This document shows positions 25,098 through 32,000 of a DNA stretch of 32,000 nt, in pieces. The DNA is taken from NCBI GenBank assembly GCA_016700135.1, contig CP065004.1, positions 1 through 32,000 of the forward strand, read 5' to 3'. Each line of letters begins with the position of its first letter. The stretch's first letter is position 1. A program made the translations under genes and the position numbers. Under the pieces are notes generated by a model. That model made no database searches. It was not told the DNA's origin and saw nothing but the letters and a program-made list of their open reading frames with translations. This DNA is from Candidatus Saccharimonadota bacterium (GTDB taxonomy: Bacteria; Patescibacteriota; Microgenomatia; UBA1406; GWC2-37-13).

Positions 25098-25120
25098 AAA
25101 TTGAAAAAAATGCTAATAAT

Positions 25121-26122
25121 TTAAGAAATTGTGATTAATTTCAGATCTTCGATGGATTGTGCATCCAACAAAACCATTCCCAGTCTTTCGACGCCGATTG
25201 CTATACCTGTGCTGACTGGAAGTCCTTTTCGCAATGCATCAACAAATCCGCGGTCAATCGGATGATCTATTTTACCAGACTTTTTCCGTTCTTCATATTC
25301 ATCGGAAAGACGTTTGTCCTGTAAATCAGTGTCAGTCAGTTCCGAATAACAGTTGCCGAGTTCGACTCCTTCTATATAAAATTCAAATCTTTGAGCGGTT
25401 TTTCCGTCAGGGTTGGGGGTCGAAAGTGCCGCAAAACAAACCGGGTAATCATACAATACGGTAGGATGTCCGTTTGTACCGAGATGCTGTTCAATTTCCT
25501 GAGTGTACATTTGAGACCAGACATCTTCATAAGAAAATCCATTGACTACATATCCTTTTCCCGCTGCCTTCTTTAAAAATGCTTTCGTATCAAAAAGCTC
25601 TGACTCAGAAACCGATGCGTATTTCTGAAACGCTTCAGCGACAGTCAGTCCTTCCCAGGAATCAAGTGAAATCCGTTTTCCATTATAAGTTATATGTGTC
25701 GAACCGTGAAGTTTTCTGGACACAAATCTAAGCATTTCCAAGACTTCTTTTGCCATATATTTGTAGGTTTCACGGACTTTATAGAGTTCCAGCATCGTAA
25801 ACTCCGGAAGGTGTTTCGGAGAGTTCGGTTCACTGTTTCTGAAAGAACTGCCGAGATAGTAACAATCCCCAATACCTTCAGCAAGAAGCCGTTTGATAAA
25901 AAGTTCGGGAGACGGAGTCAGATACAGTTTTTCTTTGCGATCCATATATCTGAACTCTGTCTCAAACACTTCAAGATAGCTTTCAGGGATAAGTGCCGGC
26001 GAGAGGACCGGCAAATCAAGCTGTAGATATCCTTTTGATTGCAGGTATTCATGAACTGCATGTACGTAAGAAATGTACTGTTTATATAAAGAGATATGAT
26101 CTCCGTGCGTTTTTATGTTCAT
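25121..26122 (-). CDS. epmA: EF-P--(R)-beta-lysine ligase (EpmA/PoxA/GenX-type truncated class II LysRS paralogue)
   Basis: The 333-aa protein has only a class II aaRS core and no anticodon-binding domain. SSFRNSEPNSPKHLPEFTMLE (motif 2), QRFEFYIEGVELGNCYSELTD, HPIDRGFVDALRKGLPVSTGIAIGVERL (motif 3) parallel E. coli EpmA as I recall it. It lies 23 nt upstream of efp on the same strand. Confidence 0.82.
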   Translation of the reverse strand: MNIKTHGDHISLYKQYISYVHAVHEYLQSKGYLQLDLPVLSPALIPESYLEVFETEFRYMDRKEKLYLTPSPELFIKRLLAEGIGDCYYLGSSFRNSEPNSPKHLPEFTMLELYKVRETYKYMAKEVLEMLRFVSRKLHGSTHITYNGKRISLDSWEGLTVAEAFQKYASVSESELFDTKAFLKKAAGKGYVVNGFSYEDVWSQMYTQEIEQHLGTNGHPTVLYDYPVCFAALSTPNPDGKTAQRFEFYIEGVELGNCYSELTDTDLQDKRLSDEYEERKKSGKIDHPIDRGFVDALRKGLPVSTGIAIGVERLGMVLLDAQSIEDLKLITIS

Positions 26123-26128
26123 AAGGAG

Positions 26129-26977
26129 TTATAACTCACTCTTGAGTTCTTCAATAAGTTTTTTTGCTTTCCCCGAGAGTTTTGTCGGAGTTTTGATTTT
26201 GTATACGACGTAGTGATCACCGCGTTGCTTGGAGTTGGGATAAGGCATGCCTTTTTCACGGAGGCGCACGGTCATTCCTGACTGTGTCCCTGGTTTGATT
26301 TTCAGTTTCACTTCATCGTCGATTGTTTTTATGGTGACAACATCACCGAGCGTTGCCTGAGGGAATGAGATTTCCTGTTCGGTTATGATATCCTGACCCT
26401 GTCGCTTGAAACGGGGATCCGGCTTCACTTCAACAACGACATCAAACTCCGAAAATCGAATTCTTGAACCCGAATCGACACCTGCGGGAACTTTGATTTT
26501 ATGTTCTTTCCCGTTTATGACCGTCGACTTTGTGACACCTTTGACAGCTTCATCAAAACTCAAGTTCATCTGATAAACTGATCGTGTCTGTCGCTGTGAG
26601 CCGTAAGGAGACCGAGCTCCGAAAAACTGCTCAAAAATATCAAACGGATCCATTCCGCCGAAATCAAAATCAAATCCCTGACCTCCCATATTGGTATAGT
26701 AATACTGACCACCGAACGGTCCCTGTCCTCCCGGACCTCCTGATGCCCTGGCTCCGCCTGAAGTATAAGCCTGATGACCCATCTGATCATACATCTGACG
26801 CTTTTTTTCATCAGACAGGACTCCGTATGCCTGATTGATCTCTTTGAATTTTTTTTCAGCATCAGGTTCTTTATTCCGGTCAGGATGCCACTTCAATGCA
26901 AGCTTACGATAAGCGGATTTTATTTCTTTTTGTGTAGCGTTTTTGGATATACCAAGAGTTTCGTAATAATCTTTCAT
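26129..26977 (-). CDS. dnaJ: J-domain co-chaperone, class II (CbpA-like DnaJ without a zinc-finger domain)
   Basis: The J domain is [34 protein letters not shown] and a G/F-rich region follows. The C-terminal substrate-binding beta domains are present. The protein contains no cysteine at all, so it has no CxxCxGxG repeats. Confidence 0.88.
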   Translation of the reverse strand: MKDYYETLGISKNATQKEIKSAYRKLALKWHPDRNKEPDAEKKFKEINQAYGVLSDEKKRQMYDQMGHQAYTSGGARASGGPGGQGPFGGQYYYTNMGGQGFDFDFGGMDPFDIFEQFFGARSPYGSQRQTRSVYQMNLSFDEAVKGVTKSTVINGKEHKIKVPAGVDSGSRIRFSEFDVVVEVKPDPRFKRQGQDIITEQEISFPQATLGDVVTIKTIDDEVKLKIKPGTQSGMTVRLREKGMPYPNSKQRGDHYVVYKIKTPTKLSGKAKKLIEELKSEL

Positions 26978-26993
26978 AGATATACAAATAAAT

Positions 26994-27021
26994 GAGGGGC
27001 GAAAACGCGTTTTCGCCCCTC
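26994..27021 (-). terminator. Perfect 28-nt palindrome between dnaK and dnaJ; an intrinsic terminator or attenuator hairpin
   Basis: GAGGGGCGAAAACG/CGTTTTCGCCCCTC is its own reverse complement. On the minus strand it is followed by ATTTATTTGTATAT (T-rich). It starts 20 nt after the dnaK stop. Confidence 0.6.
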
Positions 27022-27040
27022 AGGTTGTTTCAATTCTGTC

Positions 27041-28933
27041 TTATTCTACCACTTCTCCCTCTTCAACATCACCTTTCTTTTCGTCATCTTTCTTGCTTTC
27101 ATCTTTTTTTTCTGATGTACCGGCCTCCTGAGACTGACTTTGATATGCTGCCTGACCGATCTGCTGCAGAGAAGTCGAAAGTTCTTCCGCCTTTTTGTCG
27201 ATCTCTTCTGCAGAAGACTCTTCTTTCGCAACAAGATCTTTCAGTTCTTTGACCTGTGTTTCAACCTGATCTTTGATTTTTGCGTCAAGTTTGTCACCGG
27301 CATCTTTCACGGCTTTTTCTGCAGTGTAAATCAGATGTTCGGCCTTGTTTCTTGCCTCAACTTTTTCTTTTGCCTTTTTATCTTCCTCAGCATGTTCTTC
27401 AGCCGCTTTCTTCATCTTTTCAATTTCTTCTTCGGAAAGTCCGGTACCGCCTTTAATGGTAATACTTTGAGATTTCCCGGTTGCTTTATCTTTTGCGGTG
27501 ACCGTCAAAAGGCCGTTCGCATCAAGATCAAACGTAACTTCTATCTGCGGCACTCCCCGCGGGGCCGGCGGAATACCGTCCAAAGTAAATGTACCGAGAG
27601 ATTTATTGTCCCGTGCCATCGGGCGTTCGCCCTGGAGCACGTGAATCTGCGTCTGGGTTTGATTGTCCTGTGCGGTTGAGAATACTTCCGATTTTGAAGT
27701 CGGGACCGTGGTATTCCGTTCAATAAGAGGCGTCATCACTCCTCCCAATGTTTCAACACCGAGAGTAAGGGGAGTCACATCAAGAAGGACAACATCTTTT
27801 GCCTCTCCTGTCAGAATTCCTGCCTGAATTGCGGCGCCGATTGCGACGACTTCATCAGGATTGACTGATCTGTTGGGATCTTTTCCGAAAAACTTTTTGA
27901 CTTCCTCAATAATTTTCGGCATTCGGGTCATACCTCCGACCATGATAACTTCATTGACGTCTTTTGCTTCGATGCCTGCATCTTTTAATGCATCACGCAC
28001 CGGTCCAAAACTTTGCTGGATCAGTTCATCTACAAGCGATTCAAACTTTGCACGGGTGATCTTCTGGACAAGATGCAGCGGCTGATTGTCCTGTACCGTA
28101 ACGTAAGGAAGGTTTATCTCCGCTTCCTGTGATGAGGAAAGCTCAATCTTAGCCTTTTCTGCTGCTTCTTTTAATCTCTGCAATGCTTGGGTATCTTTAC
28201 GAAGGTCTACACCATGTTCTTTCTTGAATTCATCAGCAATGTAGTTGATAAGCGCCTGATCAAAATCGTCACCGCCGAGATGAGTATCTCCGTTTGTAGC
28301 TTTTACCTCAAATACACCGTCACCAAGCTCTAGGATAGTGATATCAAACGTACCGCCACCCAAATCATAAACAGCAATTGTATGTGCGTGAGATTTTTCC
28401 AATCCGTAAGCAAGTGCCGCTGCAGTCGGCTCATTCAGAATACGCTCGACTTCCAGTCCTGCGATCTGTCCTGCCTGTTTCGTTGCCTGTCTTTGAGAAT
28501 CATCAAAATATGCGGGAACGGTAATTACGGCTTTCTCCACTTTTTCTCCGAGATACGCCTCAGCATCTTCTTTGATTTTCTTCAAAATCATGGCTGACAC
28601 TTCTTCAGGTGTATATTTTTTCCCTTCCACTTCCACAGCAACACGCCCCTCAGCTCCTTCCACGATTTTATACGGAAGAAAATCCTGCTCTTTTTTAACA
28701 GCCTTATCGTCAATTCTGCGACCCATCAATCGTTTAATTGAATAAATGGTTTTTGTCGGGTTGAGTACAAGCTGTCGTTTTGCCACGTCTCCGACGATTC
28801 GTTTAGTCGGATCTACAACTGAAGGAATGACGTTACGACCTTCCTGAGAATAAATAATTTTCGGTTTGCCTGCCTCCATGACGGCAACCGCTGAGTTTGT
28901 TGTTCCTAAATCTATTCCGATTGTTTTTGACAT
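27041..28933 (-). CDS. dnaK: Molecular chaperone DnaK (Hsp70)
   Basis: [26 protein letters not shown] and [12 protein letters not shown] are all present, which is full-length Hsp70 similarity. The tail is a K/D/E-rich acidic segment. Confidence 0.97.
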   Translation of the reverse strand: MSKTIGIDLGTTNSAVAVMEAGKPKIIYSQEGRNVIPSVVDPTKRIVGDVAKRQLVLNPTKTIYSIKRLMGRRIDDKAVKKEQDFLPYKIVEGAEGRVAVEVEGKKYTPEEVSAMILKKIKEDAEAYLGEKVEKAVITVPAYFDDSQRQATKQAGQIAGLEVERILNEPTAAALAYGLEKSHAHTIAVYDLGGGTFDITILELGDGVFEVKATNGDTHLGGDDFDQALINYIADEFKKEHGVDLRKDTQALQRLKEAAEKAKIELSSSQEAEINLPYVTVQDNQPLHLVQKITRAKFESLVDELIQQSFGPVRDALKDAGIEAKDVNEVIMVGGMTRMPKIIEEVKKFFGKDPNRSVNPDEVVAIGAAIQAGILTGEAKDVVLLDVTPLTLGVETLGGVMTPLIERNTTVPTSKSEVFSTAQDNQTQTQIHVLQGERPMARDNKSLGTFTLDGIPPAPRGVPQIEVTFDLDANGLLTVTAKDKATGKSQSITIKGGTGLSEEEIEKMKKAAEEHAEEDKKAKEKVEARNKAEHLIYTAEKAVKDAGDKLDAKIKDQVETQVKELKDLVAKEESSAEEIDKKAEELSTSLQQIGQAAYQSQSQEAGTSEKKDESKKDDEKKGDVEEGEVVE

Positions 28934-28965
28934 ACGTTTAAAATGAAATTATTAATACAGATTGC

Positions 28966-29460
28966 TTATGATTTTTTACTGACCCGTACTTTGCCCGGTC
29001 TTATGATCTGTCCGTCCAGTTGATATGCTTTCTGTAAGATATCAATCACGATATTATCTTCTTTTCCTTCTATCACATCTACAACTTCTGCCGTTTCAGG
29101 GTTATATTCAGTTCCCATAAGATCCAGCTCTTTCACACCCAACTCTTCAAGTGCCTTTTTGAATGAGCCGCTTATCATCTTCAGTCCGGGATCCTGATTG
29201 AACACTTCCGCCTGATTCAGGTTGTCAAGAACGGGAAGAAGTGTATAAATGATATCTTTTTTGAGTGATACCCTCATCCTCTGCCTCTCCTGATTCATCC
29301 GATGCTCCAGATTTTTGTAATCCGCAAGCGCACGTAAATATAAATTTTTGTACTGTTCAACTTCCTGGCTCAGTTCATCGTTTTGCGTTTGTTCATCCTG
29401 TACTGATTCTTCCTGAACGGGATGCTTCTCCTGTTTCTGTTTTTTTGACATAGTTCTCAT
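28966..29460 (-). CDS. grpE: Nucleotide exchange factor GrpE
   Basis: The coiled-coil N-terminal half reads YLRALADYKNLEHRMNQE, and the beta-domain has LQKAYQLDGQIIRPGKVRV. It sits between hrcA and dnaK. The start is placed at ATG 29460 (TTG 29463 or ATG 29451 are possible). Confidence 0.9.
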   Translation of the reverse strand: MRTMSKKQKQEKHPVQEESVQDEQTQNDELSQEVEQYKNLYLRALADYKNLEHRMNQERQRMRVSLKKDIIYTLLPVLDNLNQAEVFNQDPGLKMISGSFKKALEELGVKELDLMGTEYNPETAEVVDVIEGKEDNIVIDILQKAYQLDGQIIRPGKVRVSKKS

Positions 29461-29472
29461 CAAAATAGGTAA

Positions 29473-30213
29473 TTACTCCGAATACTCTTTTATGATGTCC
29501 TCAATAAGGTGCGAAAAAAAACGAACCTGAGGAACAATAGTATCATAATGTAAATGCTTGGGACCGACGATACCGATAATACCCCTAGTAGTCGGAGTCT
29601 CAAAATCGCCGAAAATACTGGCACAATTGTCAAAAACAGGATCTCTGAAATCCTCCGGCCCCAGGATAAAAAGCAGATCCTGATCTATTACCAAAGCTTG
29701 TCTTAAAATCTCTTCCCAGAAATTGATTTCATCCAGTCTGTTAAAAAGAGTTTTTGAGACATCCAGATTGAGGAATTCATCCTGCTCCAAAATGTGACCG
29801 ATACCCGCATAATACAAGTCACCGGAGTTGGTAGCCACAAGTGAGAGGAGGCCAGTCCGCTGTGCCAACACACGCGCTGCTTGGGACAGGACACGATGTT
29901 TTTTTTGTCTTTCATCCCAGATACTGTGTTTATATGCCACCTCGTCTACAGTTGACAACTCCTTTTCACGCATGACGTTGTTGATATAAAAACGATAACC
30001 CTTAGGAGAAGGGAGTCTGCCGGAAGAAAAATGAGTTTTCTGCAGGTAGGCTTTTTTTTCCAATGCAACCATTTCATTACGGATCGTTGCCGGAGATACT
30101 CCCAGTTTATATTTCTTTTCGATAATCTCCGAACCAACTGCCTGTCCGGTTTCGGTATGCTCTTTAATAATTGCCGTCAGAATATCAATTTGACGTTGTG
30201 TTAGTTCATCCAT
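29473..30213 (-). CDS. hrcA: Heat-inducible transcription repressor HrcA (short form, about 246 aa)
   Basis: LTQRQIDILTAIIKEHTETGQAVGSEIIEKKYKLGVSPATIRNEMVALEKKAYLQKTHFSSGRLPSPKGYRFYI is the HrcA winged-helix N-terminus. IIGIVGPKHLHYDTIVP is the conserved C-terminal motif. The start is placed at ATG 30213 (the ORF-track start at 30225 is a TTG). Confidence 0.88.
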   Translation of the reverse strand: MDELTQRQIDILTAIIKEHTETGQAVGSEIIEKKYKLGVSPATIRNEMVALEKKAYLQKTHFSSGRLPSPKGYRFYINNVMREKELSTVDEVAYKHSIWDERQKKHRVLSQAARVLAQRTGLLSLVATNSGDLYYAGIGHILEQDEFLNLDVSKTLFNRLDEINFWEEILRQALVIDQDLLFILGPEDFRDPVFDNCASIFGDFETPTTRGIIGIVGPKHLHYDTIVPQVRFFSHLIEDIIKEYSE

Positions 30214-30328
30214 GTTGGTATACAACTAGCGATTAACGAAGAAAATTGCTATAACTTCTATCTTCCGATGATTTTCAAAGACAGAACAAACAATACAGGA
30301 TATCAGTATCCTATATATTTCTTCATTA

Positions 30329-30355
30329 TTAGCATTAATATAGCAACTCTGCTAA
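30329..30355 (-). promoter_or_regulatory. CIRCE-like HrcA operator (27 bp, 9-N9-9 geometry, degenerate inner arms)
   Basis: On the minus strand it reads TTAGCAGAG-TTGCTATAT-TAATGCTAA, against the CIRCE consensus TTAGCACTC-N9-GAGTGCTAA. The outer 6 bp of each arm (TTAGCA/TGCTAA) are perfectly complementary. It lies about 115 nt upstream of the hrcA ATG and inside the promoter below. Confidence 0.6.
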
Positions 30356-30365
30356 TACATGTCAA
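30337..30365 (-). promoter_or_regulatory. Sigma-70-type promoter of the hrcA-grpE-dnaK operon
   Basis: The minus strand reads TTGACA (complement of 30360-30365), a 17-nt spacer, then TATATT (complement of 30337-30342). The -35 is consensus, the spacing is optimal, and the CIRCE-like element spans the spacer and the -10. Confidence 0.6.
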
Positions 30366-30372
30366 GCAGATA

Positions 30373-31398
30373 TTATTTTGCAGGCAGAGAATCGACTTCT
30401 TGATATACAAGTTCAGATACTTTCTTAATTGTCGCACTCAACCTCGTAAGATCTTCGCCGCTTGTCATGACACAGAGCAAATACGGACGCTCTGGATAAT
30501 AAACGATTCCGCAATCATGGAGTTGTTGTGTCGCTCTTCCGTCTTCAGTCGTGTATCCTCTTTCTCCGAACTTATGAGCAAGAATAATATCGTCGGGAAT
30601 CCCCGCACGAAGAGCACTAGTATATTCGACTTTAGAAAGGATACTTAGCGCCTGCTCTGAATACTCTCTTGTAAGGTAAGTGGCATTATACAAAATCCGG
30701 AAAAATGAAGCATACTCCTTCACCGTCATAAAATCTTCGGTACTACGTACACCAGGAATAGTAATTCCCAAATCTACATATACCATATCCATATCAGATT
30801 GTGGTAACTGACTGATTAATAGGAATTGTGATTGATTATCAGAGTTGATGATCATACGTGAAATCAGGTCAGATACTTTATACTTCTGATTCTCCAATAA
30901 GGTTTCCGTAGGGACTATATTCTGGGTAAGGCTAACAGATGCAAAGTCATCCGAATGAAATTCCAAATCCTTTGATAAAAGAGTCGGATCTTTCTCTGCA
31001 AGTTTATAATAAACCATCATTACGGGTACCTTTAGAAGACTCGCAGGAGAGAAAGCTTCCTTCTCGTTCACTCCCACCCACGCACCGGTATTCATATCCC
31101 GGAAATAGACGGAAACCCTATCAACGTTTTCATTTTTCTCCTCTTCCTCTATTAAATCATTAATTTTGTATTCCAGTTTACGAAACGACGTGAATTCATC
31201 ATTTTGAAAAAATTCACAATCAAGTATCGGATTCGTGAATACTCCACTTGTCGGATCATGTAAAATCGAAGAAAATATGTGTGATTTTTCTTCAGTAATT
31301 GTGTAGATTCTAAAGCCTAAGACCCCAATAAACAGGCCGAAAAAAAACATTGATGCGAGTATAATAAAGTTTTTATACTTTTTAAGGAGATTTATCAT
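30373..31398 (-). CDS. Membrane-anchored serine hydrolase, class A beta-lactamase / penicillin-binding-protein-like
   Basis: There is an N-terminal TM helix (FIILASMFFFGLFIGVLGF). The motifs are S-x-x-K (PASLLKV), S-D-N (INSDNQ) and a K-T-G-like HKFGE, in the order and spacing of the beta-lactamase fold. Confidence 0.68.
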   Translation of the reverse strand: MINLLKKYKNFIILASMFFFGLFIGVLGFRIYTITEEKSHIFSSILHDPTSGVFTNPILDCEFFQNDEFTSFRKLEYKINDLIEEEEKNENVDRVSVYFRDMNTGAWVGVNEKEAFSPASLLKVPVMMVYYKLAEKDPTLLSKDLEFHSDDFASVSLTQNIVPTETLLENQKYKVSDLISRMIINSDNQSQFLLISQLPQSDMDMVYVDLGITIPGVRSTEDFMTVKEYASFFRILYNATYLTREYSEQALSILSKVEYTSALRAGIPDDIILAHKFGERGYTTEDGRATQQLHDCGIVYYPERPYLLCVMTSGEDLTRLSATIKKVSELVYQEVDSLPAK

Positions 31399-31468
31399 AA
31401 AAAGATAGATAACAATTTCTCATTATAAAGGAGCCATATTAGAAAGCAATATATCAATTCACATCAGT

Positions 31469-32000
31469 ATGAAACAGCGAATCGGTGCACATCAGTCAAC
31501 ATCAGGAGGTTATCATAAGGCGCTTGAGAGCATTAATACCAAAGGAGGGAATTGTCTTCAAATATTTTCCAGTTCTCCTTTCACGTGGAGTCCGGCTCAG
31601 GTTGACAAAAAAACAACTGAGAAGTTCACCGCACTGAAAAACGAGCTTAAGATACGTCCTGTATACTTTCATGCTTTATATCTGGTCAATCTTGCTGATC
31701 CCGGCATCACCGGACAAAAATCAGTTGCAGCTCTTACTCATGAACTTGAGCTTGCTGCACGCCTTGAAGTTGTGGGAAGCATCGTGCACACGGGATCTTT
31801 TAAGAATAAAGATAAAACCGTTAGCTGCCGGGATGAACAATACTACCCGACTCTCCTAAAAAACATTAAAAAAGTCCTGTCTGAAACTCCTGATAATACC
31901 CTACTTATTTTGGAGAATGCCGGCAACAGAAAAATCGGACAAACAATTGATCAGCTTGCAGAAATAGTTGAAGATGTCAATGACCCTCGTGTAAGAATCT
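31469..32000 (+). CDS. nfo: Endonuclease IV (Nfo), 3'-partial; it runs off the window end
   Basis: This gene is not in the supplied ORF track because there is no stop in the window. My translation from ATG 31469 is MKQRIGAHQSTSGGYHKALESINTKGGNCLQIFSSSPFTWSPAQ...RPVYFHALYLVNLADP...GSIVHTGS...LLILENAGNRKIGQTIDQL. This matches the Nfo pattern IGAH.S..GG / .Q.F...P..W / H..Y..NLA / V.H.GS / EN.AG. Confidence 0.88.
   Translation, partial: MKQRIGAHQSTSGGYHKALESINTKGGNCLQIFSSSPFTWSPAQVDKKTTEKFTALKNELKIRPVYFHALYLVNLADPGITGQKSVAALTHELELAARLEVVGSIVHTGSFKNKDKTVSCRDEQYYPTLLKNIKKVLSETPDNTLLILENAGNRKIGQTIDQLAEIVEDVNDPRVRI

Noticed and set aside
27140-27679. A 179-aa ORF on the plus strand
   Set aside because: It is antisense to dnaK, whose identity is unambiguous. 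The translation is Phe/Leu/Cys-rich nonsense typical of the reverse frame of a K/E-rich gene.
1-32000. An alternative genetic code (UGA recoded as Gly or Trp, as in some candidate phyla)
   Set aside because: TGA terminates rmlB, ugd, uxs, radA and the RodZ-like gene exactly where homology ends. No conserved protein needs read-through of an in-frame TGA.
1-32000. CRISPR arrays, tRNA/rRNA genes, IS elements, integrases and prophage genes
   Set aside because: I saw no direct-repeat/spacer periodicity, no tRNA-like T-arm or acceptor pattern in any spacer, and no transposase- or integrase-like ORF. Every spacer except 2005-2267 is shorter than about 180 bp. This was done by eye only, so tRNAscan and Infernal should confirm it.

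Overview
This is a gene-dense bacterial chromosomal segment with about 31 protein-coding genes. Many junctions are ATGA start/stop overlaps or convergent stops with almost no spacer. It uses the standard genetic code, because TGA works as a stop in several well-supported genes. By eye I found no rRNA, tRNA, CRISPR array, transposase or integrase.

Recognisable content, in order:
- a frame-broken PAS sensor histidine kinase, cut by the window edge
- an inositol monophosphatase family gene
- rmlB-rmlD (dTDP-sugar)
- two divergently transcribed unknown genes (4105-5562 minus strand, 5742-6935 plus strand)
- ugd, UDP-xylose synthase and a GT2/GtrA fusion
- a PEGA/SH3b envelope protein
- a CPA1 cation/proton antiporter
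- argS
- an AT-rich islet with two orphan small ORFs
- a LytR_C-domain protein
- recJ and rmuC
- a degenerate NrnA-like DHH protein
- a short infB, then nusA
- radA
- a RodZ-like HTH membrane protein
- epmA-efp
- the hrcA-grpE-dnaK-dnaJ operon, with a CIRCE-like operator embedded in a near-consensus promoter
- a membrane-anchored serine hydrolase
- a 3'-truncated nfo that is missing from the ORF track

The short IF-2, short HrcA, compact junctions and near-absence of Shine-Dalgarno motifs suggest a reduced-genome lineage, possibly CPR/Patescibacteria. That is inference only.

The best candidate for something undescribed is the divergent gene pair at 4105-6935. Both proteins carry the beta-carbonic-anhydrase zinc-site signature (C-x-D-x-R, then F-x-R-x-x-x-A-G, then His, then Cys). 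Both also have the expanded His-to-Cys loop characteristic of the carboxysome-shell enzyme CsoSCA. No carboxysome or RuBisCO gene is in the window, and the pair sits inside a nucleotide-sugar/envelope cluster.
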